A DNA stretch of 64,000 nucleotides, taken from NCBI GenBank assembly GCA_963833055.1, contig CAWHWM010000004.1, forward strand, positions 253,460-317,459. The letters are read 5' to 3'. This DNA comes from Candidatus Dormiibacterota bacterium (GTDB lineage Bacteria > Chloroflexota > Dormibacteria > Aeolococcales > Aeolococcaceae). The notes beneath the pieces were generated by a model. That model ran no database searches. It saw nothing but the letters and a program-made list of their open reading frames with translations, and was not told the DNA's origin. A program made the translations under genes and the position numbers. Each line of letters begins with the position of its first letter. Position 1 is the first letter of the stretch. Positions 8,365 to 18,066 of the stretch are shown one piece after another.

Positions 8365-9368
8365 ACGCGGCCAAGGTCGACAAGAAGACGTACTACCGCG
8401 GCGTCGCAATGGTTCCGTACGACCTCTTGAAAGAAGTCGCCATCGCGATGATCGGCGTCCTCGGCTTCGTGCTCCTGCTTTCCGCGGTGCTGTCCTCGCC
8501 GGACGTCCCCTCGGTGACGCTGCAGAGCTGGTCGAAAGCGGATCCGGTCGACTTCCTCACGACCGCGTCTGGCGAGCTGGCGGGATCCACGGTGGTCGCC
8601 ACCTATGGTCCCCCTTACAACTCTGCGAGCGGATCGGTGCAAAGCTGGGGACCGCTCAATCTCCAGCAGTGGGCCGGCGTGCACATTCCCGTGAATGCTC
8701 CGTACGACTTCGTGCTGGAGCCACTCACGCAGACGACCGCCGGAGATGCGGCACTCGCATCCGCCTTGAGCACATATCAGGCCGCGTCCGCAAGTCAGCA
8801 GCAGAAGTGGCTCGCGAACTACACGACCGGGCTCGGCACGGCGACAGTCGCGTCAGATGGCACCGTGGACGTTCCGTCGGGTGACTACGGACCGGTGTCA
8901 GTGCTCATGGATCGCATGCTCACGCTCGCGCGCTCGGGCGGCCTTGACGCGCTGCTGCTGACCAGCAACCACTTCTATCAGACGGACTTCAGCCGCCCGC
9001 TGCTGTTCCTGGATGACGGCGGCTACATCGCGGATCTTGCAACCCAGCAGAAGCTCGATGGCGATGACTGGGGCGTCATGAATGAGACCGGCCGTTATCC
9101 CGGTCAGGCGTGGCTGTGGCTCTACACCATGTGGTATCAGATCCCGCCCTTCAACTCGTCGACGGGGTTCCTCGGTATCAGCGCGGCCAATACCGACCTC
9201 GCTGTGATCGGTGTGATGCTGTTCCTCACAGCGCTCCTCCTGCTGGTGCCGTTCATCCCGGGCTTGCGCGACATCCCGCGCTGGATCCCGATCCATAAGC
9301 TGATCTGGCGGCGGCACTACGCCGAGATGCGGCGTCAGGCTTCGAAAAACCTTTCCAGCGCCCCGTAG
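8361..9368 (+). CDS. Subunit IV (PetD)-like partner with a large inserted extracytoplasmic domain
   Basis: N-terminal PYDLLKE plus TM, about 200-aa soluble region, then GQAWLWLYTMWYQIPPF and C-terminal TM/PFIP; no Cys at all; GTGA overlap with cytochrome b. Confidence 0.65.
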   Translation: MNAAKVDKKTYYRGVAMVPYDLLKEVAIAMIGVLGFVLLLSAVLSSPDVPSVTLQSWSKADPVDFLTTASGELAGSTVVATYGPPYNSASGSVQSWGPLNLQQWAGVHIPVNAPYDFVLEPLTQTTAGDAALASALSTYQAASASQQQKWLANYTTGLGTATVASDGTVDVPSGDYGPVSVLMDRMLTLARSGGLDALLLTSNHFYQTDFSRPLLFLDDGGYIADLATQQKLDGDDWGVMNETGRYPGQAWLWLYTMWYQIPPFNSSTGFLGISAANTDLAVIGVMLFLTALLLLVPFIPGLRDIPRWIPIHKLIWRRHYAEMRRQASKNLSSAP

Positions 9369-9428
9369 GGGTCGGACGTGCTGCTTCGCACCGTCTGCCG
9401 TCGGGCGTCGGTGCGATCAGGCGTCATG

Positions 9429-9899
9429 TCAGATCGGTTTTCGAACCGGTGCAACGGTGGTCATCGTGAAGTAGATGACTGCAGCCACCGCCACATGCAT
9501 CGACATCAACACCGCCACGTCCTTTGGTGGCTGGTGGTGGATCAGCAACCAGGCATCCGGCAGGAAGAGGACCAGCGTTATCAGGATGGTGAGGCGCCCG
9601 TAGAGCCACTTCGGTGCAGAACTGATCCGTGTGATCACCGGCCAGCCTCCGACGCCGATCACGACGCCGATGACCGTCAGCTTCGCATAGTCACCGAACT
9701 TGAAATGCTCGTAGCCGGACGTTCCCGGGAACAGATGTGTCCCGATGGTCACCAGGATCGCATCGGCCGCGAGGGCACCGAACACGGCAATCAGTAGTGC
9801 GATGACCAGGCGCACAGGCGACGGCTGACGATGCGCCGGCGTCCAGTCCACGCGGGCGATTGCAAGGGTGCGAGCGATCAACGGGGTCCCCGCCCGCAT
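9429..9899 (-). CDS. Membrane protein, DUF6069-like
   Basis: Four TM segments, C-terminal VLMSMHVAVA. Confidence 0.6.
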   Translation of the reverse strand: MRAGTPLIARTLAIARVDWTPAHRQPSPVRLVIALLIAVFGALAADAILVTIGTHLFPGTSGYEHFKFGDYAKLTVIGVVIGVGGWPVITRISSAPKWLYGRLTILITLVLFLPDAWLLIHHQPPKDVAVLMSMHVAVAAVIYFTMTTVAPVRKPI

Positions 9900-9902
9900 C
9901 CA

Positions 9903-10442
9903 TCATTCACCCGTCTGACCGTCGACGGACTCGCGGATGAGATCGGCGTGGCCGTTGTGGCGGGCGTACTCCTCGATCATGTGGGTCACGATCCAGCGCA
10001 TGCTCGGCGAGCCGCCATCCTTGTTGGTCCGCTTCGCGAGTTGCCCCATATCGCCTTCGGCCAGCGCCTCGCTCACGCACTGACGCGAGCGGCCGACGTT
10101 CTCCTCCCAGATCGCGTGGAGCTGGTCCGGGGTGTCACCCGCGGCAGAGTGCCAGTCCCAGTCCGCGTCGGCATCCCAATCCACCGTGTCCCAGGGCGCG
10201 GCGGGCGTGTTCCCACGGAGCCACTGGGAGAACCACCAGTCCTCGACCAGCGCAAGGTGCTTCAGCATCCCGCCCAGGGTCATCGTTGAGACGGCCACCG
10301 TCGCCGCGAGCCCGGCGGCGTCCAGGCCGGCGGTCTTCCACGCGAAGGTCGCGCGCTGGAATTCAAGGAACCCGATCAGGGTGTCGGTCTCGCCGGCCGC
10401 GTCAGGTGGCTCGGGGCGTCCGTGTTCGTCGATTTCAGGCAT
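9903..10442 (-). CDS. DinB family protein (DUF664)
   Basis: TLGGMLKHLALVEDWW and HMIEEYARHNGHADLIRE. Confidence 0.9.
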   Translation of the reverse strand: MPEIDEHGRPEPPDAAGETDTLIGFLEFQRATFAWKTAGLDAAGLAATVAVSTMTLGGMLKHLALVEDWWFSQWLRGNTPAAPWDTVDWDADADWDWHSAAGDTPDQLHAIWEENVGRSRQCVSEALAEGDMGQLAKRTNKDGGSPSMRWIVTHMIEEYARHNGHADLIRESVDGQTGE

Positions 10443-10578
10443 GGCGTCGAGTTTAGGGGGAGGAACCGCCGCGGCAGGCGCTCAGAACGGACGCCAGACA
10501 GGTCGAGGCGATGTCAGGGGCCGGTAACGATCCGGCCCGGGGCGGTTTTGGCGGCGTGGGGCGTTCAAGAATCGCGCG

Positions 10579-11910
10579 GTGGTAGAACGGCTGGCTGTCG
10601 CCGTCGGTGCACCTGTGCCCGGGGGGCGTTCTCGAACCCTCCTCGAAGGACTGCGTTCGGCGGCGATGCGGCGCCGTGGACTGCTCTTCATTCGCGTGGT
10701 CGCGATTGCGGCGACGGTTGGCGGCCTGCTCGATTTTGTGGTGGCGCCACTGCAGGGCCGATTCGCGGGCGAGTTCGAGGACTACAAGGACTATCTCGCC
10801 GCAGCCCAGGCGGCGGCACACCACACCGACATCTACGCGTCATTCCTCAATCACGTCCAGCCGATACCGGTGCAGGGATTCGATTACCCACCGGTGATCG
10901 CATGGCTGTTGCAGCCACTCGCGGGACTTTCGCCGGCGACCGCCGCGACCGCGTGGCTCTTCCTGCTGCTGGCGTGCTCAGTCGCGGGGACGGCAATCAT
11001 CGCGTTCGAGCTCCTCCCGGCATCCTGGCCGCGCCTCGAGCTCACGGCAATCTTCTCGCTGCTGTATGCGCCGGTCACATACAACCTCTGGCACGGCCAG
11101 ATGAGTGCTGTCGTCTACCTGTTGCTCGCGCTTGCGTTGCGCTCGTGGCTGCGCAACAAGCCGCTCTCGCTCGGCGTGTACATCGGTGTCGCGGCGCTGA
11201 TCAAGATCGCGCCGGTGCTGTTGATCGTGTTGCTGCTCCGCCGTCGCTGGTGGTCCGCGTGCGTGTCACTCGCGGTGACGCTCGCTCTCGGTGTCGGCGG
11301 CGGCATCCTGACGCTCGGTGTGAGCACGCTCCGCGAGTACGTGACACGCGTCTTGCCCGTGCTCGGCTCGCAGAACGGATGGATCTACAACCAGTCCGCC
11401 GCGGGCGCGGTGAACCGCCTGCTTGGACACTCGGTGCTGGCGTTCCAGCAGTCGTTCCCGATCCTCACGGTCATCAGCGTGCTGCTCGTCCTTGCCGCGG
11501 TTGGTGCCGTGGCCTGGATCGTGCGACCAGCGGAGGCATCTCGCGACGTCCGCGGTGCTGAGTTCGCGCTGGGAATCCTCGCGATGCTGCTGGTCGGCAG
11601 CGTGACATGGTTCTGGCATCTCGGTGCCCTGCTCATCGTTCTGGCGGCGGTCGTCGCGCTCCTCGCGAAGGGCACCATTCGGCGGCCACGGCCCACCGTC
11701 ATCGCCGCGCTCGCCGTCCTCGTGACGACAGGGTTGCTCGCTCCGATCGTCATCGCCTCGGTCTCGATGTCCGGGCTCATCGCGCTCAGCCACACCTGGT
11801 TGTGGTGGCCGGTGCTGCAGGCGATCTCCGCTCCGGTGTTCGCCATGGGCGCACTCTTCGTTGTGCTCCTCGTGGCGCTCCGCCGCCCGTCGAGGCAGCC
11901 CGTCAGCTAA
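10579..11910 (+). CDS. GT87/DUF2029 family membrane glycosyltransferase (true start may be ATG 10666)
   Basis: DYKDYLAAA...FDYPPV, NLWHGQMS, ALIKIAP and YNQS motifs. Confidence 0.85.
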   Translation: MVERLAVAVGAPVPGGRSRTLLEGLRSAAMRRRGLLFIRVVAIAATVGGLLDFVVAPLQGRFAGEFEDYKDYLAAAQAAAHHTDIYASFLNHVQPIPVQGFDYPPVIAWLLQPLAGLSPATAATAWLFLLLACSVAGTAIIAFELLPASWPRLELTAIFSLLYAPVTYNLWHGQMSAVVYLLLALALRSWLRNKPLSLGVYIGVAALIKIAPVLLIVLLLRRRWWSACVSLAVTLALGVGGGILTLGVSTLREYVTRVLPVLGSQNGWIYNQSAAGAVNRLLGHSVLAFQQSFPILTVISVLLVLAAVGAVAWIVRPAEASRDVRGAEFALGILAMLLVGSVTWFWHLGALLIVLAAVVALLAKGTIRRPRPTVIAALAVLVTTGLLAPIVIASVSMSGLIALSHTWLWWPVLQAISAPVFAMGALFVVLLVALRRPSRQPVS

Positions 11911-11995
11911 GCCGCCGAGGGTCCCTGGGGCGGTTGCAATCCGGCCCGGCCAGGTGTCACGATCCCGCACGACCGAAGACGTGCGGGGGACAAGA

Positions 11996-12253
11996 GTGGT
12001 CGCGCTCACGTTATATGCCGAGCTTGCAGCCGCGGTTGCATGTGGGGGGCTGGCGCTGTCGCTTGCGGCCCTGTCGGGCGTGCGGAACCGGCGCACGGTT
12101 GGCGTGGTGGGCGCCTGTGTCGGGTTCTTCATCGGCTTTGTGACGCAACTCGGCCTGCCGCTGCTCGCACTCCCGATGGCCGTTTTCGCGGTATCCGCGT
12201 TGGATCGCTGGATTGACGGCCGGTCGAAGGCGCAGGTCTCGCCGACGATCTAG
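11996..12253 (+). CDS. Small membrane protein, unknown function; start uncertain
   Basis: About 85-aa hydrophobic ORF filling the gap between genes. Confidence 0.5.
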   Translation: MVALTLYAELAAAVACGGLALSLAALSGVRNRRTVGVVGACVGFFIGFVTQLGLPLLALPMAVFAVSALDRWIDGRSKAQVSPTI

Positions 12254-12266
12254 CCCTACGGCGCGG

Positions 12267-13931
12267 TTATCCGAGGCGGTAGACGGACTCGAGCACGGGC
12301 GTCGTCGCGGACCGATCGAGCGGGTTGGCAGGTGCACGCTCGACGGCGACACGGATCCAATCGGACGGAGGGCGTGCATCGGTTTGCGCCAGCACCAGCA
12401 TGTCGCCCGGAGACGCGTCGCGTTCGGCGACATCCGGCGTCACAACCTGCATGCCGAGCGAGGCGAGTCCCGGTGTGGCGTCGTCGGTGACGACATGCGT
12501 CGGTGGTGGTGGGAGGAACGCGAAGAACGCGTCGATGTACGGCGGGTCCATCGTGGATGACAGGTAGATGTGGTGGCCGTGGGCATCATCGTGCGCGACG
12601 GTGATGGCGGCGATCTCACCGGTGTCGAACGCGGGGGCGGCGAGTGACGGGTACGCCGTGTACATGTCGACGGTGAAGACGGCTCCCTGGACCAGCAGGC
12701 CGGCCGCGAGTGCGGCGGTGACGGTGCGACCCATGCCGGTTCGCGTCGAGAGCGCCCGCCGGATGCCGTCGGCGCCGAGCACGGCGAGAAGGACGAGGAA
12801 GGGCAGCATCCCCGACGCGCGGAGCGCGTGGCCGCTGCCGATGAAGGTGAGGGCCCCGGCGATCGGTGCGAACACGATCCCGAGGACGAGAAAACGGATG
12901 AACGGCTCGCGCCGCCGCTCCCAGCAGACCATGATGCCGGCGATCAGCAGCGGCGCCATGACCCAGAGCAACATGCCGCCGATCTGCGTGTTCTGCCGCG
13001 GGTTCGCGTCGCCGGAGAGGAACAGGAACCGGGGGCCGATCTCGGTCAGGTAGTTGGTCACGAACCGGCCGATCACGACTCGGAGAGGAGCGCCGTCGGC
13101 CCAGATGCTGAGGTAGTCGAACCGGGCCGTGAGAGCTCCGGGGTTGAGCACCGCATAGGCGCCGAGCACCGCGTATCCGAGCGCGACGGGCACGAGCACC
13201 CGCCACCATCCGGGCGTTCGCCGGATTCCCCACGCAACTGCGATGGCGATCGCGATCAGGCCCACCTCGAGCCTCGCGGTCGTGTACCCATAGATGGCGA
13301 ACGCGAGGAAGACGCCGGCGAAGCCGAACTGTCGCGGTGTCGGGCGCCAGCTGGAGAGGCACCAGAGCGCTCCGGAAAGCAGCGCGACCCAGGAGATGGT
13401 CTCGAACCCCACCCGGCTCTCGATGACCAGCCAGGGCGTGAGCGCGGTCAGCACCAGCGTCCCGAAGGTGAAGGCTCGCGAACCGGTCATCCGCCACGCC
13501 GCCGCGGTGAGGAATGCCACCACCGCCAGACCGAACAATGCGGCCGGGAGCCGCTCCAGGGTGACCGTCATCGGGAAGAACCGGGCCAGCGCGGCAACGC
13601 TGTACACGTAGACCGGGTTCTTGTATTCGCCAAACGCCTCGAAGAAGAGCGGGAAGTGGATGCCGTGCTCGTCGACACCGAAGTGCGCGATCGTCCACGC
13701 GTTGTAGGCGATGGAGCTCTCGTCGACATACATGCCCGGCGGGGATCCCGAGAGGTCGATGAGGTTGCGCAGCACAACAAGCAGCGCCACCACCGCGAAG
13801 GCGCCGAGCCAGATCCGCCGGTGGAGGCGTGTGCGTCGCGCCTGCTCGCCGTCGACCGGCGAACGGAGCGCTGTCTCGGGTTCGGCGGCGGTGCGCGGAG
13901 AGTCCGCAACCAACGCCGTTTGCGGTTCCAC
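12267..13931 (-). CDS. ArnT/PMT-like (GT83/GT39) membrane glycosyltransferase
   Basis: PPGMYVDESSIAYNAW, GEYKNPVY, LTPWLVIESR, YTTAR. Start GTG 13931 supported by an upstream TACTTT hexamer. Confidence 0.8.
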   Translation of the reverse strand: MEPQTALVADSPRTAAEPETALRSPVDGEQARRTRLHRRIWLGAFAVVALLVVLRNLIDLSGSPPGMYVDESSIAYNAWTIAHFGVDEHGIHFPLFFEAFGEYKNPVYVYSVAALARFFPMTVTLERLPAALFGLAVVAFLTAAAWRMTGSRAFTFGTLVLTALTPWLVIESRVGFETISWVALLSGALWCLSSWRPTPRQFGFAGVFLAFAIYGYTTARLEVGLIAIAIAVAWGIRRTPGWWRVLVPVALGYAVLGAYAVLNPGALTARFDYLSIWADGAPLRVVIGRFVTNYLTEIGPRFLFLSGDANPRQNTQIGGMLLWVMAPLLIAGIMVCWERRREPFIRFLVLGIVFAPIAGALTFIGSGHALRASGMLPFLVLLAVLGADGIRRALSTRTGMGRTVTAALAAGLLVQGAVFTVDMYTAYPSLAAPAFDTGEIAAITVAHDDAHGHHIYLSSTMDPPYIDAFFAFLPPPPTHVVTDDATPGLASLGMQVVTPDVAERDASPGDMLVLAQTDARPPSDWIRVAVERAPANPLDRSATTPVLESVYRLG

Positions 13932-14028
13932 GCCGGAAAGTATTTCCCACCCAAAACGGCCCAGGCGCAGCGTCGCGGTCACAGCCGGGTAACACCCCAA
14001 AGGCCTTTCCAGCACTAGGATGTCTCGC

Positions 14029-15016
14029 ATGCGGGCCATGCTGTTCGACGGGGTCGGACAACCACTTCGCAGCGCGGCGGTGGCGGAGCCGGTGCCGGCC
14101 GAGGGTCAGGTGCTCGTCAAGGTGGGGGCGTGTGGCCTCTGCCGCACCGATCTGCATGTCGTGGACGGCGATCTGACCCACCCAAAGCTCCCGCTCATCC
14201 CTGGACATCAGGTCGTCGGCGAGATCGTCGGTGTCGGCTCCGGGGTCGAAACAGTGCACACCGGAGATCGTGTCGGCATCCCCTGGCTCGGCTGGACGTG
14301 CGGGAAGTGTTTCTTCTGCACCACCGGCCAGGAGAACCTCTGCGACAACGCCCGCTTCACCGGCTACGACATCGACGGCGGGTACGCGGACTACACCGTC
14401 GCGGACGCACGGTTCTGCTTCCCCATCGATCGCTCGTACAGCGATATCGAGGCGGCGCCACTCCTCTGCGCGGGACTGATCGGATACCGCTCGCTCAACG
14501 CGGCTGGTGACGGCGTTCGCCTTGGGCTGTATGGGTTTGGCGCGTCCGCGCACATCGTTGCGCAGGTCGCCCGATATCAGGGAAGGCGGGTCTTCGCGAT
14601 CACGCGCCCTGGCGACACCGCGACCCAGGCAATTCGCCACCCACCTTGGCGCTGAGTGGGCCGGTGGCAGCGATGAGCCGGTTCCGGAGGAGCTCGATGC
14701 AGCGATCATCTTCGCCCCGGTCGGAGCGCTCATCCCGATCGCTCTGGGCGCAGTCCGCAAAGGCGGGATCGTCGTGTGCGCCGGGATCCACATGAGCGAG
14801 ATCCCGGCGTTCTCATACGACCTGCTCTGGGGTGAGCGGACGGTGCGGTCGGTCGCCAACCTCACGCGCCGCGACGGCACCGAGTTTCTCGCGCTCGCGC
14901 ATCAGGTGCCGGTGCACGCGGCGGTGGAGACGCTGCCACTCGAGCAGGCCAATGTCGCGCTGGACCGGCTGCGCGCCGGTGACGTGCAGGGCGCCCTCGT
15001 CCTCACGGTCAGCTGA
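14029..15016 (+). CDS. Zinc-dependent alcohol dehydrogenase (AdhP-like), +1 frameshift near 14632
   Basis: CGLCRTDLH, GHQVVG, CGKCFFCTTGQENLC, GLYGFG; C-terminal half continues in ORF 14507-15016. Confidence 0.9.
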
Positions 15017-15058
15017 TCGACGCGACAGACCGGGTCGCCACTGCGCCACCATCTGGCG

Positions 15059-17156
15059 GTGACCGAGACAAGCTTTCCCCGACAGCAGGCACGCACGCGG
15101 CGTTTCAGCCTCGGCGTCCCACGTGATTTCGTCGTCACCCCGGACGGGCGCAGGGTCCTGTTCCTGCGCACGCAGAGCGGTACCGACGCATCGACATGCC
15201 TCTGGCACTTCGACGTCGACACAGGCAGCGAGCACCTGGTCGTCGATCCTTCGGCATTGGCGGGCGAGGACGGAGCCGAGGTGCCGGCCGAGGAGCGGAT
15301 GCGCCGGGAGCGGGCGCGTGAATCCTCAGGCGGGATCGTTCGGTTCTCCACCAACCAGGAGGGCACACGGGCAGCCTTCGACCTGACGGGGCGGATCTAC
15401 GTCGCCGATCTCACCACAGGAAGGACGGCCGAGCTGCCGGCGAGCGGACGGGCGATCGATCCCCGCATCGATCCCACGGGAACACACGTCGCATACGTGG
15501 AGAGCGGAGCCCTGCACGTCGTGCCGACCGACGGTGGTCGCGGTCGCGTGCTGGCAACTCCGGAGAACGACGACGTGACGTATGGCCTTGCCGAATTCGT
15601 TGCGGCGGAGGAGATGGGCCGGCAGAGCGGGTACTGGTGGTCTCCGGACGGGTCGCAACTGCTCGTCGCGCGCGTCGACGTTGCGCGTGTGCAGCGCTGG
15701 TACATCGCCGATCCCGCCAACCCGGACAGGCCGCCGGTGGCGGTCGCATACCCCGCAGCGGGAACGGACAACGCTGACGTCACCCTGCACCTCGTCAACC
15801 TCGACGGCACGTATCGAGCAGAGGTGACGTGGGACCGCGCGACCTACGAGTACGTCGTGACTGTCGACTGGTCCGAGCACGGGTTGCTCGTTGTCGTCCA
15901 GACCCGTGATCAACGCACGATGCGCATCCTCGAGGTCGACACGGCGTCCGGCGCCACCTCTGTCTTTCGCGAGGATACGGATGCGGATTGGGTCGACATC
16001 GTCGGCGGTGTGCCCGAGAGGATGGGCGACGGAACGCTCGTCTGGACCGTGGATCGCGACGGAGCCAAACGCCTGCTCATCGGCGACGCGGTGGTGACGG
16101 CAACTGATCTCCAGGTGCGCGACGTCGTGGGCGTTGACGGGGACGTGGTCACCTTCCGAGCGTCATCGACGCCGACGGAGGTTGGCGTGTACACGTGGTC
16201 TCGCGCAGGCGGTGTCGAGCAGATGCTGCCTGCGGATGTCCGGCCAGGCGTCTGGCGCGCACGGCGCGCGGGTGGCACGACAGTGCTTGCAACACGCGAC
16301 CTTCAGCACACCGGTCTGCATGTGTCCGTCCATCGCGACGGCCGTCAAGCCGGTGTGATCGAGTCGCTGGCGGCGAGTCCATCGATCTCGCTCAACGTGC
16401 GCCTGCAGACCGTCGGTGAGCGCGACCTGCAGGTGGCAATTCTCCTGCCACACGGCTACGAGCCCGGGAGCGGCAAGCTGCCCGTGCTGCTCGACCCGTA
16501 CGGTGGTCCTGCTCATCAACGGGTGATGGCGTCGGCGAGCGGGTTCCTCGAGTTCGCAATGGTTCGCCGATCAGGGATTCGCGGTGCTCGTGGTCGATGG
16601 CCGTGGAACGCCGGGACGCGGGCCTGCATGGGATCGGTCGATCCGAGGGGACTTCGCTGCCCCCGTTCTCGACGATCAGGTCGATGCCCTGCACGCGGCC
16701 GCAGCACTCTGGCCGGACTTCGATCTCACTCGCGTTGCCATCCGCGGATGGTCATTCGGCGGCTTTCTCGCCGGGCTCGCGGCGATCCGGCGTCCAGACG
16801 TTTTCCACGTGGCGGTCGCCGGCGCTCCCGTCACCGACGATCACCTGTACGACACGCATTACACCGAGCGCTACCTCGGGCATCCGGATCAGGAGCCTGC
16901 CAACTACGCGGCAGTGTCGCTCGTCGACGATGCCGCGCGGCTCACGCGCCCGCTCATGCTCATCCACGGGCTCAGCGACGACAACGTCGTCGTCGCGCAC
17001 ACCTTGCGTTTGTCCGCAGCGCTGCTCGCTGCTGGTCGTGAACACGTCGTCCTCCCACTGACGGGCGCGACGCACATGGCGAATGACGAGGCGGTTGCGG
17101 AGAATCTCCTGCTCCTGGAGCTGGAATTCATCCGGCGCGCGCTCGGCACGAGCTGA
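15059..17156 (+). CDS. S9 family dipeptidyl peptidase IV-like, +1 frameshift near 16553
   Basis: DPP-IV propeller region (GYWWSPDG); catalytic GWSFGG, DDNV and THM in the second frame. Confidence 0.9.
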
Positions 17157-17166
17157 GGCACGCGAC

Positions 17167-18018
17167 TCAGGGGATCGCGATCATCGCGATGGCAACCACG
17201 GCAAGCAGGGCCCCGGCTGTCTGCAATGTCGTCATGCGCTCGTGGGTGAAGATCCGCGCACACAGCACGGTGAACGCGGGGTAGAACGAGGTCAGCAGCG
17301 CGCTCACCGAGAGCAATCCCGTGTGCGTGGCGTACAGGTACAGGATCACGCCGGTGCCGTCGAACACACCGCCGATGGCGATGATGCGCAGCGCACTGCG
17401 GCGGATCACCGGTGAGGTACCGGTCACCAATGCCGTGACGAGCGACGCGGCGGCCGAGCCGAACCTGCCGCTCACGAAGGCAGTGACCCCTGCGTGGCTC
17501 GCGTCGTGGAAGAGGATGAAGAACACGCCGAATGCGACCCCGGCGAAGAGTGCGAGGACGACGCCGAGACGGGCGTTGGCGGCGACGTCCCTGCTCGGCC
17601 CGTTGATGAGCACCAGCGCGCAGAGCCCGACGACGATGCCGCCCACCTGCCACACCTCGAGGTGGTCCCCACCGATCAAGCCCACCGTGACCGGCAGCGC
17701 AGCGGCGACGAACCCGGTGATGGGCGCGACGATGCCGATCAGGTTGAGCGACATGGCGCGATAGAAGGCGACCAGCCCGAAGCCTCCGATCACCCCGCCG
17801 CCGAACGCCTCGATGGCGGCTTGCGCACTCCATCCGTGGGGCAGCAGCAGAAACGCCAGCGGGAGCGTCACCAGCCCGACCGATTCGACAGCGATCGCGA
17901 CGCTCGGCGCGCTGCTCCGCCGTCCAGCGAAGCCTCCCGTGAAGTCGGCGATGCCGAGGGTCACCGCCGAGGCCATGGCGGAGAGTGGCGAGACGGGAAG
18001 ACTCATGGCCGCGGTCAC
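17167..18018 (-). CDS. EamA/DMT family transporter
   Basis: GIADFTGG, FYRAMS...VAPIT, two 5-TM repeats, LLTSFYPAFTV. Confidence 0.85.
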   Translation of the reverse strand: MTAAMSLPVSPLSAMASAVTLGIADFTGGFAGRRSSAPSVAIAVESVGLVTLPLAFLLLPHGWSAQAAIEAFGGGVIGGFGLVAFYRAMSLNLIGIVAPITGFVAAALPVTVGLIGGDHLEVWQVGGIVVGLCALVLINGPSRDVAANARLGVVLALFAGVAFGVFFILFHDASHAGVTAFVSGRFGSAAASLVTALVTGTSPVIRRSALRIIAIGGVFDGTGVILYLYATHTGLLSVSALLTSFYPAFTVLCARIFTHERMTTLQTAGALLAVVAIAMIAIP

Positions 18019-18066
18019 GGTATCCGAGCGGGCGTTCCGCGCAGATCTCGGAGCCGCAGAAGATGG

